This document shows, in pieces, positions 28,899 through 41,490 of a DNA stretch of 64,000 bases. Origin of the DNA: Candidatus Marinacidobacterales bacterium (lineage in GTDB: Bacteria > Acidobacteriota > Vicinamibacteria > Marinacidobacterales > SMYC01); contig CBDCYI010000011.1 of NCBI GenBank assembly GCA_965224085.1, positions 768,001 through 832,000 of the forward strand, in the 5' to 3' direction. Positions within the stretch are counted from its first letter, which is position 1, and every line of letters starts with the position of its first letter. The position numbers were made by a program, and so were the translations under genes. The notes beneath the pieces are model-generated. The model was not told where the DNA came from. It did no database searches and saw nothing but the letters and a program-made list of their open reading frames with translations.

Positions 28899-30212
28899 AT
28901 GCAGCCTTCGCGAATTTCTTTGCTCGTGCTGCTCGCCCTCGTCGGGGGAGCGCTGTCGGGACTTCTTCTATTCGATCATCACGGGGTCGGTGCCGCCGGT
29001 ACCGCCGTCGACGCCATGTGCGGCACGGACGAACAGAGCGGTTGTGAGACGGTGTCCAAGAGCCGCTACTCGTCGATCGGGAACATTTCGGTGGCGGCCA
29101 TCGGTCTCGTCTTCTATGGCTCGGTGGTCTTCCTCGCGTCGCTCGCGCTCGTTGCCGGCGAAACGGTGCGAAGCGCCGCCGCTGGTCTCGCAGTCGCTCT
29201 TGTCGGGGCGGGAGTGGTGGCGGATCTCGGACTCTTTGGGCTCCAAGCCTTCGCGATCGGCGCCTTCTGCAAACTGTGCCTCGCGACTTATGGTGTGAAC
29301 CTCGCGCTGTTTGCGCTACTATGGCCGGCGATGCGCCAACTCGGCTCGGCATTTGCAACTCTTCTCGGCGGTGAGGGCCGTCGCGCGTTCGTCGTTTGGG
29401 CTCTCGGCACCTTCGTGGTGATGGTGTCTGTAGTGGCCGTTGAAAGCGCATTGGCCGGAAACGCCGATGCACAACAGCAGAACCTCCTCGGCTCACCCGC
29501 TCCAGTGAGCTCCGGGGATTCCGGTTCGGTTGCTTCTATCGAGGCGGAGCTCGCACGCGTTCGGGCCCAGCTGGGCGAGCTGCAAGAGACGCTGGACGAC
29601 CCGAAGAAGTATCAGGAATACCAGACGGCCAAGGCGATGGCGCAGTTCGCCTCCGAACAGGTCCACACGCTTACGCTCGACACCATTCCTTTCAAAGGTC
29701 CCGACGGCGCTCCGATCCGCGTTGTGGAGTACTCTGATTTTCTCTGCCCCTACTGCCGAAATCTCGCGACGGCTCTTTCGAACTATCTTCCGAATTCAGG
29801 CGACCGGGTCGCTATCTTCTACAAGAACTATCCGCTCGACCAGGATTGCAACCCCGGTCTGTCCCGAACGCTCCACGAAGGCGCTTGTGAGCTCGCGCTC
29901 GGTGCCGTCTGCGCGTCCGAGCAAGACAAGTTCTGGCCCTATCACGACAAGATCTTCGCCCAGCAGCCGCACAACGCTGAGGTCGATGACGTCGTTCGGA
30001 TCGCGGCATCTGTCGGCGTCGAAGAAGGCCAGATGCGCTCGTGCATGGCGTCGAGCTCGGCCAAAGACGAGCTCGCTGCCCAGATCGCGGAAGCCAAGCA
30101 CCTCGAGGTCAACTCGACCCCGACCTTGTTCATCAACGGCAAGCGCTTGGCTCAGATCGGGAGCTTTCTCCAGGCCATCGAGTCGGAATCGAAACGCCTC
30201 GGCCTCGAATAG
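28899..30212 (+). CDS. VKOR-DsbA fusion disulfide-bond formation protein
   Basis: VKOR loop Cys pair and CKLC; DsbA DFLCPYC and STPT. Confidence 0.88.
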   Translation: MQPSRISLLVLLALVGGALSGLLLFDHHGVGAAGTAVDAMCGTDEQSGCETVSKSRYSSIGNISVAAIGLVFYGSVVFLASLALVAGETVRSAAAGLAVALVGAGVVADLGLFGLQAFAIGAFCKLCLATYGVNLALFALLWPAMRQLGSAFATLLGGEGRRAFVVWALGTFVVMVSVVAVESALAGNADAQQQNLLGSPAPVSSGDSGSVASIEAELARVRAQLGELQETLDDPKKYQEYQTAKAMAQFASEQVHTLTLDTIPFKGPDGAPIRVVEYSDFLCPYCRNLATALSNYLPNSGDRVAIFYKNYPLDQDCNPGLSRTLHEGACELALGAVCASEQDKFWPYHDKIFAQQPHNAEVDDVVRIAASVGVEEGQMRSCMASSSAKDELAAQIAEAKHLEVNSTPTLFINGKRLAQIGSFLQAIESESKRLGLE

Positions 30213-30234
30213 CTCGCGATCATCGCCGCGCGGA

Positions 30235-31632
30235 TCAACTCGTCGCGCGTTCTCCGCTGAAATAATCTTTCGTGAGCTTCGCGACGACGCCGCCAAGCCC
30301 AATCAAGCCAATTAAATTGGGCAACGCCATGAAGCCGTTCAGGAGCGTGCCGATGGCCCATACGAGCGGCACGGGAACCACGGCGCCCACGAGGATGAGG
30401 ACCGTATAGATGAAGCGATAGGGAACGATGCCTTTAGTCCCAAACATGAACTCGAAGCACTTCTCGCCGTAGTAGCACCAGCCGATGAGCGTCGAAAAGC
30501 CGAACAAGAAAGAACATAACGCCACCAGCAAGCTCGCGTAAGGAATCTGGGTATCGAGCGCGGCTGCTGTGAGGTCGCCGCTCGATTGCTGGAATTCCGC
30601 GAGCTGCCACATGCCGGACGAAATAATGATGAACGCCGTCATGCTGCACACCACGATCGTGTCCACGAAGACTTCGAAGACGCCGACCAAGCCTTGCTGG
30701 GTCGGGTGGCTGACTTTGGCGATGCCATGTGCGATGGGAGCGCTCCCGAGGCCCGCTTCGTTCGAAAGCACGCCGCGGCTGATGCCCGCGGCGATGGCTT
30801 GGCTGACCCCAGCGCCGACGAAACCGCCGACGGCGGCCATGGGCGTGAAGGCGTTGGCGAAGATGACGCCGAAGACGGCCGGGATCTCGCCCGCATTCAT
30901 GACTACGTAGGCGAGGCCCATCAGCAAATAAACGACGATCATCGACGGGACGAGCTTCTCCGATACCATCGCGATCCGCTTGATGCCGCCAAGGAGCACG
31001 AGGGCGCAGGCCACCGTGATGAGAAGCCCGGGAACCAACGGGTTCACATCCAAGTTGAAGTTCTGCTGCGCCGCTTGGCGGAACGTTTGCGCGATCGTGT
31101 TCGATTGCGCCATGTTTCCTGTACCGAGAAGCGCCGTGGCCGCGCCGAAGACACAAAACGTATAGGCGAGGGGTTTCGCGAAGGGCCATCCTTTGAGCCC
31201 GTTGGTGATGTAGTACATCGGGCCGCTCGCCATCTCGCCACTTTCCGTCGTCACGCGATAATGGACGCCAAGGACGGCTTCCGAATACTTGGTCGCCATC
31301 CCCACGGCCGCGGTCACCCACATCCAAAAAATAGCGCCGGGGCCGCCGACGACGATCGCCGTGGCGACGCCTCCGATATTGCCGTTACCTACGGTGGAAG
31401 CGAGCGCGGTCGAGAGAGCCTGGAACGAGGTGATGGTGCCCTCTCCTTTGCCCTCTTTGCCGGCGAACATCCCGCTGAGCGCTTCCTTCACGGCGGTTGT
31501 GAAGTGACGGATTTGAACCAGTCCGGTTTGGTAGGTGAGGTAGCCTCCGGCGCCGACGAGAAGCGCCGGAAGGGCATAGGGCGCGTAGAGCCAGCCCGAA
31601 GCTTGATTCAAAAGGTTTGTCAATTGATCCAT
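30235..31632 (-). CDS. Sodium:alanine/glycine symporter (AGCS family)
   Basis: TVGNGNI, GGPGAIFWMW, SNEAGLGSAP, DTIVVCSMTA. Confidence 0.93.
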   Translation of the reverse strand: MDQLTNLLNQASGWLYAPYALPALLVGAGGYLTYQTGLVQIRHFTTAVKEALSGMFAGKEGKGEGTITSFQALSTALASTVGNGNIGGVATAIVVGGPGAIFWMWVTAAVGMATKYSEAVLGVHYRVTTESGEMASGPMYYITNGLKGWPFAKPLAYTFCVFGAATALLGTGNMAQSNTIAQTFRQAAQQNFNLDVNPLVPGLLITVACALVLLGGIKRIAMVSEKLVPSMIVVYLLMGLAYVVMNAGEIPAVFGVIFANAFTPMAAVGGFVGAGVSQAIAAGISRGVLSNEAGLGSAPIAHGIAKVSHPTQQGLVGVFEVFVDTIVVCSMTAFIIISSGMWQLAEFQQSSGDLTAAALDTQIPYASLLVALCSFLFGFSTLIGWCYYGEKCFEFMFGTKGIVPYRFIYTVLILVGAVVPVPLVWAIGTLLNGFMALPNLIGLIGLGGVVAKLTKDYFSGERATS

Positions 31633-31650
31633 GGTCGATAGATTCCTGGT

Positions 31651-33033
31651 TCAGCTGAATAGAGGCTTTATGGCAGTCCACAGAAAAGACAGAAAGATGA
31701 GCAGGATGGCGGCGGGAGACACGGTTCGGATCAGAAACCCCCACAAACCTGTATTCGGAAACCACGCGTTTTCCGCGGTGAGCTCCTCGATGGCTTTTGG
31801 AACGCCGAGACGATAGGCGACAAATATGGAAATCAGAAACCCGCCAATCGGAAGGGCGTAATTGTTCCAGACGATGTCCATCAGCCCGAGAAAGCTCCCT
31901 CCTAGCGTCGCGGAAAAGTTACTCAAGCTGGCGACAGCGCCGTTGCCGAGGGCTGAAGGTATCGAAAGAAAAAACGTGAAACCAATTAGCACAACAACAG
32001 CCTTTTTTCTCGGCCATTCGTACTCGTCGATGCAGTGTGATACCGGCACCTCGAACAACGAGATCGTCGACGTGAGTGCCGCCATTGCTAAGAGGACAAA
32101 AAACGCAGATCCGAAGAGCGCGCCTCCTGGCAAGGTTGCGAATAGCTGCGGCAAGACCGTGAAGATGAGCCCGGGTCCACCTGTACTCGGGTTGAAGCCT
32201 TCGATCGAGAAACCCGTGGGAAAGATGATGAATCCCGCCAGGAGGGCAATAGCAGTATCGAGAAGAATGACCCAGAGAGCGGCGACGCCGAGGTTGTCCT
32301 CCCGGCGCAAGTAGCTGCCATAAACGATGAGCGCGCCCATGCCGAGGCTCAGAGAGAAGAACGCTTGGCCGAGAGCGGCGGTTAGCACGTTCCCGTCAAA
32401 GATCCGGCGGAAATCTGGGCGGAGGTAGTAAGTCAGTCCCTCGGCGGCTCCGGGTAGCGTGAAAGCGCGCACCGCGAGAATCAGAAGGAGTGCAATCAAG
32501 AGCGGCATGAGTGTTTTCGTGACGCGCTCGATGCCTGCCCGAACGCCGCCGAGAATGCAGGCCGCGGTGAGGAGAAGGAACCCGAGGGTGAGGCCGATCG
32601 TCAAGGGGCCATTACCCGTGAACGCGCCAAAAAAAGCGCCGATCTCGTCCGCGTTCGAGCCGAGCCCGCCTACCGCGGTGAAGTAGATATAGGCCACCGT
32701 CCAGCCCGCGATCACCGCATAGAATGACAGGATGCCGACACCGCACATGACGCCGAGAGCACCCACCATCCACCAGCTCGTCTTGGGCGCGAGCGCTTTG
32801 AACGCGCCGACGGGACCTTTTTGCGTGCGCCTTCCGAGAATGAGCTCGGAGATGAAGATGGGCGCGCAAACGAAAAAGACGCAGAACAAGTAGACGAGGA
32901 CGAAAACCGCGCCGCCATTTTGTCCGACTTTTGTCGGAAAGCCCCAGATGTTGCCGAGCCCGACCGCGCTTCCTGCCGCGGCCAGGATGAACCCGAGCCT
33001 CGACCCCCACATGCCGCGTTCTGGTGATGCCAT
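31651..33033 (-). CDS. Sodium-dependent transporter (NSS family)
   Basis: GSAVGLGNIW, GQAFFSLSLG. Confidence 0.93.
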   Translation of the reverse strand: MASPERGMWGSRLGFILAAAGSAVGLGNIWGFPTKVGQNGGAVFVLVYLFCVFFVCAPIFISELILGRRTQKGPVGAFKALAPKTSWWMVGALGVMCGVGILSFYAVIAGWTVAYIYFTAVGGLGSNADEIGAFFGAFTGNGPLTIGLTLGFLLLTAACILGGVRAGIERVTKTLMPLLIALLLILAVRAFTLPGAAEGLTYYLRPDFRRIFDGNVLTAALGQAFFSLSLGMGALIVYGSYLRREDNLGVAALWVILLDTAIALLAGFIIFPTGFSIEGFNPSTGGPGLIFTVLPQLFATLPGGALFGSAFFVLLAMAALTSTISLFEVPVSHCIDEYEWPRKKAVVVLIGFTFFLSIPSALGNGAVASLSNFSATLGGSFLGLMDIVWNNYALPIGGFLISIFVAYRLGVPKAIEELTAENAWFPNTGLWGFLIRTVSPAAILLIFLSFLWTAIKPLFS

Positions 33034-33077
33034 GCGTTATGCCTCCGAGCTCAATGGGATGGGTGAAGGCCCAGCGT

Positions 33078-33890
33078 TCACTGCCCTAGCTTGCTGAGCT
33101 CACCTTTTGGAGTGATGAGAAATATAGCTTTGGCGTGCGCGTCGGCGACGAGCAGATTGCGCTTGGCGTCAACGGCCAGACCTTGGGGGCTAACGAGCGG
33201 GTCTCCCTGCACGAACGGTGTTACGGTTCCGTCAGGCGCGACTTTCCAAATCGCTTTTGCGTAGCCGTCGCTCACGTAAAAGTTGCCGTCGGGATGAAGC
33301 ACAGCGTCGTGCGGGAACTCGAATGGCGGTGAGGTGGTGATCGAGGTCGTGGTGCTGTCCTCGACGCGCACGAGGTTCTTGTCCGTGAGCACGAGGATGG
33401 CGCCCTCTTTATCAAATAAGATGGCGCGCGGCGCTCGAATCTCGGCGACATCCGAAACAGCACCGCCCGACTTCACGCGGCGAAGCCTGTGGGTGACGCG
33501 ATCGACGGCGAGAATGTCTCCGGATTTCTCGATCGCGATCCCCCATGGGGTAACGAAGCGATCGTCGTCGGGGACCGGCTCGATCTTTCCCGCGCCGTCG
33601 ATTTTGTAGAGCTTCATCGTGGCAGGGTCGCTTGCGAGCACGTTACCGTCCCCGTCGGGCGCGATGTGCCGGATTCCGTAGAGTGGGGTCCGCGGAAGGC
33701 CTTTACCCGCGGCCACGTTCTCGAAGCCGTCGTCGCCGAGCACCAGCAGCGCGTGGGCCTCGTGATCGGCGACAAAGATCTTGTCGCCGAGCCCCACGGC
33801 GACATCCACGGGATAGATGAGCTCGTCGGCCGCGCTCGCACCTGAAAGGGTGACTGCCGCGCAAAGCGCTAAGTTAAACTGTTTCAACAT
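33078..33890 (-). CDS. Secreted NHL-repeat/beta-propeller protein
   Basis: Signal peptide; repeated PxxxAxD..G.xxVAD motifs. Confidence 0.75.
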   Translation of the reverse strand: MLKQFNLALCAAVTLSGASAADELIYPVDVAVGLGDKIFVADHEAHALLVLGDDGFENVAAGKGLPRTPLYGIRHIAPDGDGNVLASDPATMKLYKIDGAGKIEPVPDDDRFVTPWGIAIEKSGDILAVDRVTHRLRRVKSGGAVSDVAEIRAPRAILFDKEGAILVLTDKNLVRVEDSTTTSITTSPPFEFPHDAVLHPDGNFYVSDGYAKAIWKVAPDGTVTPFVQGDPLVSPQGLAVDAKRNLLVADAHAKAIFLITPKGELSKLGQ

Positions 33891-34086
33891 GTTGTCACCA
33901 GCTGCCGCTTCCTCGGGCCTTCAACGTGGCTAGGCGAATCCGGGAGATTCTATGCGCCGGAGGCTCGTAATTCAACGGAATAAATAACTTCGGACGTGCT
34001 GTTCTGTTTTTGTTAGAATCTCGCCTTTGTGCGTGGGGCGGACCGCCCCCCGAATCCTTTTGATTGTGAATCCCAGGAGATAACTC

Positions 34087-36147
<2,061 letters not shown>

Positions 36148-36151
36148 ACTC

Positions 36152-36776
36152 ATGTGGCTCATCGCGTTTGCGTTTCTTGGTGCAGCGATCGCGAACCCGC
36201 AGCCTAGCGAGCCTGCATCCGCCGAGGAGTTTTTTTGCCCGCGGCCAAGCGGCTTTCAGACAAGGCCGCAACGCGGCGGCGCTTGCGGATTTCGATCGCG
36301 TCGTCGAGCTCGCTCCCGAAATCGAGCCTCAACTCTGGCAGCGCGGCATCGCTCAGTACTACGCGGGGGCGTTCGAGGCCTGCGTGCAGCAGTTCGAGCT
36401 CCACCGCACCGTCAACCCCGACGATGTCGAGAACGCTGTCTGGCACTTCCTCTGCATGGCCCGCAAAGACGGTGCAGAGGTGGCGCGAGCGGCGCTCTTG
36501 CCGGTGGGCCCGGACGCCCGCGTTCCGATGCGGCAGATTTACGAGTTCTTCGAAGGTCGGACGGATACGGAGACTGTCCTAGAAGCTGCAACAACGGAAG
36601 GGCCCGCGAGCCGGCGGCAGCTATGGATCTTCTACGCCGAGCTCTATGTCGGCTTATATCTCGAAGCAGTAGGTGATGGGGAGGCCGCGCGGAAGCATCT
36701 CGCCGCTGCGGCGAAAGCGGGCGTAGGCGGCTATATGGGTGACGTGGCTCGTGTCCACGCCACCCTCAGGCAGTAA
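36152..36776 (+). pseudogene. Secreted TPR protein with a +1 frameshift in a T7 run (36230-36236)
   Basis: Signal peptide in one frame; LWQRGIAQYY and NPDDVENAVWHFLC in the next. Confidence 0.7.
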
Positions 36777-36778
36777 GC

Positions 36779-37119
36779 TCAGTTCTCCAGAATCTTGACC
36801 GAGCCGTTCACCGTCTGGATCTCGTAAGAGGCCTCGCCCCCGCTTCCGAAGCTTCCTTTCAAGTGACGCCGGCTCACGCGGTTCACCGTAGTGGGAAAGT
36901 CGGTCGTAATGCTCCCGTTGACGGTCTGGGCGTCGAGCTCGCCTCCGGCGCCTGCGGGAAGATAGATGCGGACGGACTCGTTGGTCGTGTTGAAATGGTG
37001 CCGGCCCTCGGTGGCCGCGTGACTTTGTCGAAATCTTCGCGCACTTTGGCCGAGGCGTCGGGCGCGAGCGTAACGGAGACGCTAACGAGCGCCGCGGTGA
37101 GCCATGTCGAGAACTTCAT
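36779..37119 (-). pseudogene. DUF4097/adhesin-like beta-repeat protein with a large internal deletion
   Basis: Signal peptide + VREDFDK joined out of frame to AQTVNGSITTDF..QTVNGSVKI. Confidence 0.65.
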
Positions 37120-37176
37120 GCAAGATCCCTCCAAATCCTATTCTGTCATCTTAGACGGAGCGGCGTGGCGGAAGGT

Positions 37177-38151
37177 TCACAGCGAATGCGAGAGGCTTTC
37201 GTCGGCCAGAATGGCCTCTAGCTTAACCGCATCGATGCTGCCCCCGGTGACGAGACAGACGGCCCTCCCGCGCTCGGCGGGGTTCTCGGCGAGGGCCGCG
37301 GCGAGCGCGAGCGCCCCCGAGCCCTCGACGACCAGCTTGTTGTCGAGAGCGAGCGCGCGGATGACGGCCTTGACACGCTCCTCGGAGACGAGGCGCGTCG
37401 CGTCGACGAGAGCATGGAGCCGTGGGAACATCTCGTCCGTCATGTACGGCACCGCGACCCCGTCGCAGAGGGTTTGGCACGAAACTTCGACGGGACGACC
37501 GGCTTTCAGGCTTTCGTGGAGAGCGGGGCAGCCTTCCGGCTCGACCGCGAAGATGCGCAGCTCGGGGTTCCGCGCTTTGAGCGCGGCTCCGACGCCCGTG
37601 AGAAGCCCCCCGCCGCCGACTGGAATGAAAACGGTGTCCACGCCGGGAAGGTCTTCGAGGATCTCGAGGCCGAGACTGCCATGACCGGTCATGACATCCG
37701 TATTCGTCCAAGGATGGATGAACGCGTAAGGCTCGGACTCCCACCCATGCTCTTTGAGAAAGCGAAAGACCTCGGCGACGGGGACGAGCACGGGTTCGCC
37801 GCCGTAGGCGCGGACCGCGTCGATTTTGGTTTTAGGCGCGGTATCAGGCATCAAGCTTCGCGACGGGACGCCGAAGCGCGTCGCCACCCACGCCAGCGCT
37901 TGCGCGGTATTGCCCGCGCTCACGGTGCTCACACCTTTCGCGCGCTCCGCATCGGATAGAATGGAGACGGCGTTTTGGATCCCGCGAATCTTGAACGAGC
38001 CGACCGACTGAAAAGTCTCGAGCTTCAAGAAGACGTCTGGCGCGGCGAAGCGCTCGTGCGCGGGCACGAGCGGCGTGTGGCGCACGACGCCCGAGATGCG
38101 CGTACGGGCCTCCTGGAACGCCTCCAGAGAGGGAAGGGAGAGCTCGCCCAT
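37177..38151 (-). CDS. PLP-dependent threonine/serine dehydratase family
   Basis: KLE..GSFKIRG, SAGN, PVGGGGL. Confidence 0.88.
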   Translation of the reverse strand: MGELSLPSLEAFQEARTRISGVVRHTPLVPAHERFAAPDVFLKLETFQSVGSFKIRGIQNAVSILSDAERAKGVSTVSAGNTAQALAWVATRFGVPSRSLMPDTAPKTKIDAVRAYGGEPVLVPVAEVFRFLKEHGWESEPYAFIHPWTNTDVMTGHGSLGLEILEDLPGVDTVFIPVGGGGLLTGVGAALKARNPELRIFAVEPEGCPALHESLKAGRPVEVSCQTLCDGVAVPYMTDEMFPRLHALVDATRLVSEERVKAVIRALALDNKLVVEGSGALALAAALAENPAERGRAVCLVTGGSIDAVKLEAILADESLSHSL

Positions 38152-38240
38152 GAAAGACGATTCTAACTGATGCGTCGGTGCGCGTCTTTCGTCCAAGTTC
38201 GGCTTCAACTGGCATTACAATGACGCGGTCGAGGAGACCC

Positions 38241-39449
38241 ATGAATCGTCGCGATTTCTTTAAGTTGGGAGCGGCCGCCGGCGCAGGCGCGGTTCTCAAT
38301 ATGCGCAATGCGGCCGGAAGTCCCATTGTCGAGGTGGGCGCGGGCATTCCCCAGGGGGCGATGACACTGCCGGAGAATCCGGGGTTCAAGGCCAAGCACC
38401 TGATCAACATTATTTATGGAAACGGGGTTCGCAAGCTCGACGTCATCGACAACCCCGAAAACGCGCCCTATCAGTCCAAGATGATCCGTGAGGGCACCCT
38501 CTTCACCGAGGATTACGGCGAGACGGCGAACCTTCACGGCTACATGTATACAGAGGTTCTTACCGGACGCGACGCGCCGTCTCAGAGGCCCCTTTATCCA
38601 ACATGGAACGAGTATGTTCGGAAAAAGAGCGCCGGCAAGGCGACCGATTATTGGATGCTGCAAGGTGTTTCCTATTCCCGCGCCTGGACCTGGGATGTAA
38701 AGCATTTCAGCAGCCATCCCGAATACGGCGTCCGCTATGGGGCCACCGGCGTCACGATGAACAAGATGTTCCATCCGGAGAACAAGCGCTCGCCCGCGGA
38801 GATGATGGATCTTCAAATCGAGAAGGATCTCGGGCACAGCCCGGCCGAGCGCAATCGGGTCGAGGAGTGGATCGCGGACGTCATGGCGTCGAAGCGATAC
38901 GAGCTTCCTTCGACGAAAGAGCCTGTCATTGAGCGGGAGCTTCAAATCGGCGACGCAACATCGCTCCACCTGGCAGGGCGGGTCATGAAAGATTTCAAGC
39001 CGCGTGTTCTCACCATTCAGCTGCTCGCAATGGACGACGCCCATGCGGATTACGACGGGTACGTCAAGCACATCAAAACGACGGACGAGCTCATTGGAAA
39101 GCTCTGGGCCGATATCCAAGCCGACTCCTATTTCCGGGAGAACACGTCCCTCATCGTACGCCCCGAGTGCGGTCGTGACGACGAGGTCAATATCTACGGC
39201 CAGCTCGGCCACAGCTTGGGCAACTACCACGCCCACTATGTCTGGATGATGGCCCTAGGTCCCGACTTCAAGAGGGAGCACGTCGTCAAAGAGCGCGTGC
39301 AGCGGCGCGATCTCGTGCCCACCATCACCTACTTGATGGCTGGCGAGAACGCGGAATACTCCAACGGGCACGTGCGGACGCAGCTCTTCAAGGACCGGTA
39401 CCGCATGCCCCAATATGTGCGCCCGTATACTGCCGAGGTGCCGGGGTGA
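38241..39449 (+). CDS. Tat-exported alkaline-phosphatase-superfamily-like protein
   Basis: NRRDFFK twin-arginine signal; DDAH, D..IG.LW, PECGRD, GH and ALGPD motifs; GAGGAG SD. Confidence 0.6.
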   Translation: MNRRDFFKLGAAAGAGAVLNMRNAAGSPIVEVGAGIPQGAMTLPENPGFKAKHLINIIYGNGVRKLDVIDNPENAPYQSKMIREGTLFTEDYGETANLHGYMYTEVLTGRDAPSQRPLYPTWNEYVRKKSAGKATDYWMLQGVSYSRAWTWDVKHFSSHPEYGVRYGATGVTMNKMFHPENKRSPAEMMDLQIEKDLGHSPAERNRVEEWIADVMASKRYELPSTKEPVIERELQIGDATSLHLAGRVMKDFKPRVLTIQLLAMDDAHADYDGYVKHIKTTDELIGKLWADIQADSYFRENTSLIVRPECGRDDEVNIYGQLGHSLGNYHAHYVWMMALGPDFKREHVVKERVQRRDLVPTITYLMAGENAEYSNGHVRTQLFKDRYRMPQYVRPYTAEVPG

Positions 39450-39504
39450 AGGAGACGCCCGCGGTAGATTCAAGATAGAAACGGATCGTTCTGCAGGCCG
39501 TCTG

Positions 39505-39674
39505 TTACGAACGCCTTGCGCGACCGGCTGGCCTGCCTGAAACGGGAGCGCTCCGAGCGGCGTTTGGCCGACGAACTCGACAAGATCGCACAGCATTGTG
39601 CGTCTTTACCAGTGCTCGATGAGAGGAGCCCAGAGGAGATCCTCGCGTACGACGAGAATGGCTTGCCGCGGTAG
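39505..39674 (+). pseudogene. VapB-type antitoxin remnant
   Basis: ALRDRL..LPVLDERSPEEILAYDENGLPR*, overlapping the vapC start. Confidence 0.7.
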
Positions 39675-40045
39675 TGGTCATCGACACTTCAGCAGTGCTG
39701 GCTATTCTGCTAAATGAGCCTGAACGCCGCGGGTTCAACGAAGCCGTCGAGGCCGCTGAGTCCATTGGCCTATCCGCCGCCTTCGTTGAGACTTCGATCG
39801 TCGTTGAAGCGCGATTCGGGTCCGATGGTCTTCGAGGTCTCATGACAACCAAGGACGGCGCAGTCATCAACCTCGTCGGAAGTGGCGTCGGTAGTGCCGT
39901 TGGCGACGGCTTCGAGTACCGTGGGGCGATCTATTTCCATACGTCGGCAGAGAAGTACTCGCATCTGAATACGATTGCGGGCGTGATGGAGTACGGCGTC
40001 GATGGCGACGGCAATACCGTCACCAAGGTCTGGGAGTGGAAGTAG
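39674..40045 (+). pseudogene. VapC PIN N-terminus fused to the C-terminus of an unrelated beta-rich protein
   Basis: MVIDTSAVLAIL..EP..VE, then an abrupt switch near 39835 to ..RGAIYF..KVWEWK. Confidence 0.7.
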
Positions 40046-40166
40046 CGTCAGCCTAATCCCAAACACGACACGAGATTCTGCTCGCTCGTCGCCGTTGTCT
40101 ATTGACGGCATGACCGAGGTGTCAACACTCGAGGAGCACGCGGCCACCCCGCCAAGGTGAAAGAGT

Positions 40167-40700
40167 TCAACCGGTTAGCTCCGAACGGAGTTTTTCGCGC
40201 TCGTTGTCCGATAGAGTCGGCGCAAAGTGCTCGAGCCGTGGGAAAACGTCGGACGTACCGAAATACTCTTTCGCGCAGCCGGCGTGAATGGAGCCCGCTG
40301 GCGAGAATCGACCTTCGACGTCATCGTAGAACACGGTAGAAATGCGCCAGGCGCCTTTGTTAATCGGCTCGCGGCAGCTCTTACAAGTAGACCGACCGGT
40401 GGGCGCGCGCTCCGCCCCGCTCAGACGCGGAAGCCGTCGATGCTCGAGGCCGTACCTGGCCGCTCGGTCGAGGTGCGCTCGATTGACGATCTCTTCCTTC
40501 GTGTCGCTCGCGGCTTCGAGAAACTCAGCGGGGCGCTTGTAGGCCCCGCAGAGAAGATGAAACCACAGCGTCAGCTCTTTCTCTTCATCGAACGGATTGG
40601 GGAGCCGCGCCCCGAGACGCAGCTCTCCTTTCGCGATAGCGTGGCCGCAGCCACGGCACTTCGCCCGGCCGCTGGCGGCTGGCTCGATCGTGTGTGCCAC
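40167..40700 (-). CDS. Protein with two PARP-type zinc fingers
   Basis: ASGRAKCRGC..FHLLC and PTGRSTCKSC..IHAGC. Confidence 0.8.
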   Translation of the reverse strand: MAHTIEPAASGRAKCRGCGHAIAKGELRLGARLPNPFDEEKELTLWFHLLCGAYKRPAEFLEAASDTKEEIVNRAHLDRAARYGLEHRRLPRLSGAERAPTGRSTCKSCREPINKGAWRISTVFYDDVEGRFSPAGSIHAGCAKEYFGTSDVFPRLEHFAPTLSDNEREKLRSELTG

Positions 40701-40865
40701 GGTGCAAGTGTACCTGGGCGGAATGCCTTCGGCCACAAGGATAGCGGAGCGCTGGACTCGACCGGTGCTCGAACCCCCTCTCACGTAGATCTCACACAAC
40801 ACTCATCTCGGTGTTAGCACCCGAAGGCCACAACGCATTAGTCTGGATATGCCGGGGAGGGTCCA

Positions 40866-41369
40866 ATGGGAGACGACAGAACGATGGCGCTTGGAGGAAC
40901 GATTTCCGGGAACTCGCTGGAGCGGTGGAAGACGGACGCGCCTTCACCGGCATCTCCTCCCGATCTCGCTTGGTGGTTCGGCTATTTCAAGAACAACGCC
41001 GCGGAGCCGAAAGATATTCCATGGGAGGCCGTCCAGCCGCTCGCCGCGGAGGAGAAAGAAGCGATAGCGGCCTCCATCGCGGCTTTTCAGCTCGGCGAAT
41101 ATTCCGAAGGCCGAAACTTGATAAGGGTGGCCCGTGAATGCGCTGCGCGGCTAGAGGAGCCTGACTTGGTCGAGATTACCGAGCTCTTCGTCAAGAACCG
41201 GGGGCGTTCGAACGGCCTCGCTGGCGAGCTCTGGAAGGACGAGCTATTGAAGAACACGCTGATGGTACATAGCGCGAGGATGGGTCCAAAAACATCTGCT
41301 TTTTTTCTTGACAGCCTTTTTGGAGCACCTTGCACGAACTTTCAAAGGCGATCGAGGATGCCCGTGTGA
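40866..41369 (+). pseudogene. Ferritin-like protein N-terminal fragment
   Basis: SIAAFQLGE.SEG..LFVK; similarity lost afterwards. Confidence 0.5.
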
Positions 41370-41490
41370 CACATTGTCATCGCGTATAGAGACCAGAACT
41401 CTGCCAAAAGATTTTCAACGTCGCCTCGGCGCGCGTTCGTCGACTGTGCGCGACCCCATGAGGTCCAAAAAGTCCGTGCTCTAAAGAAAC

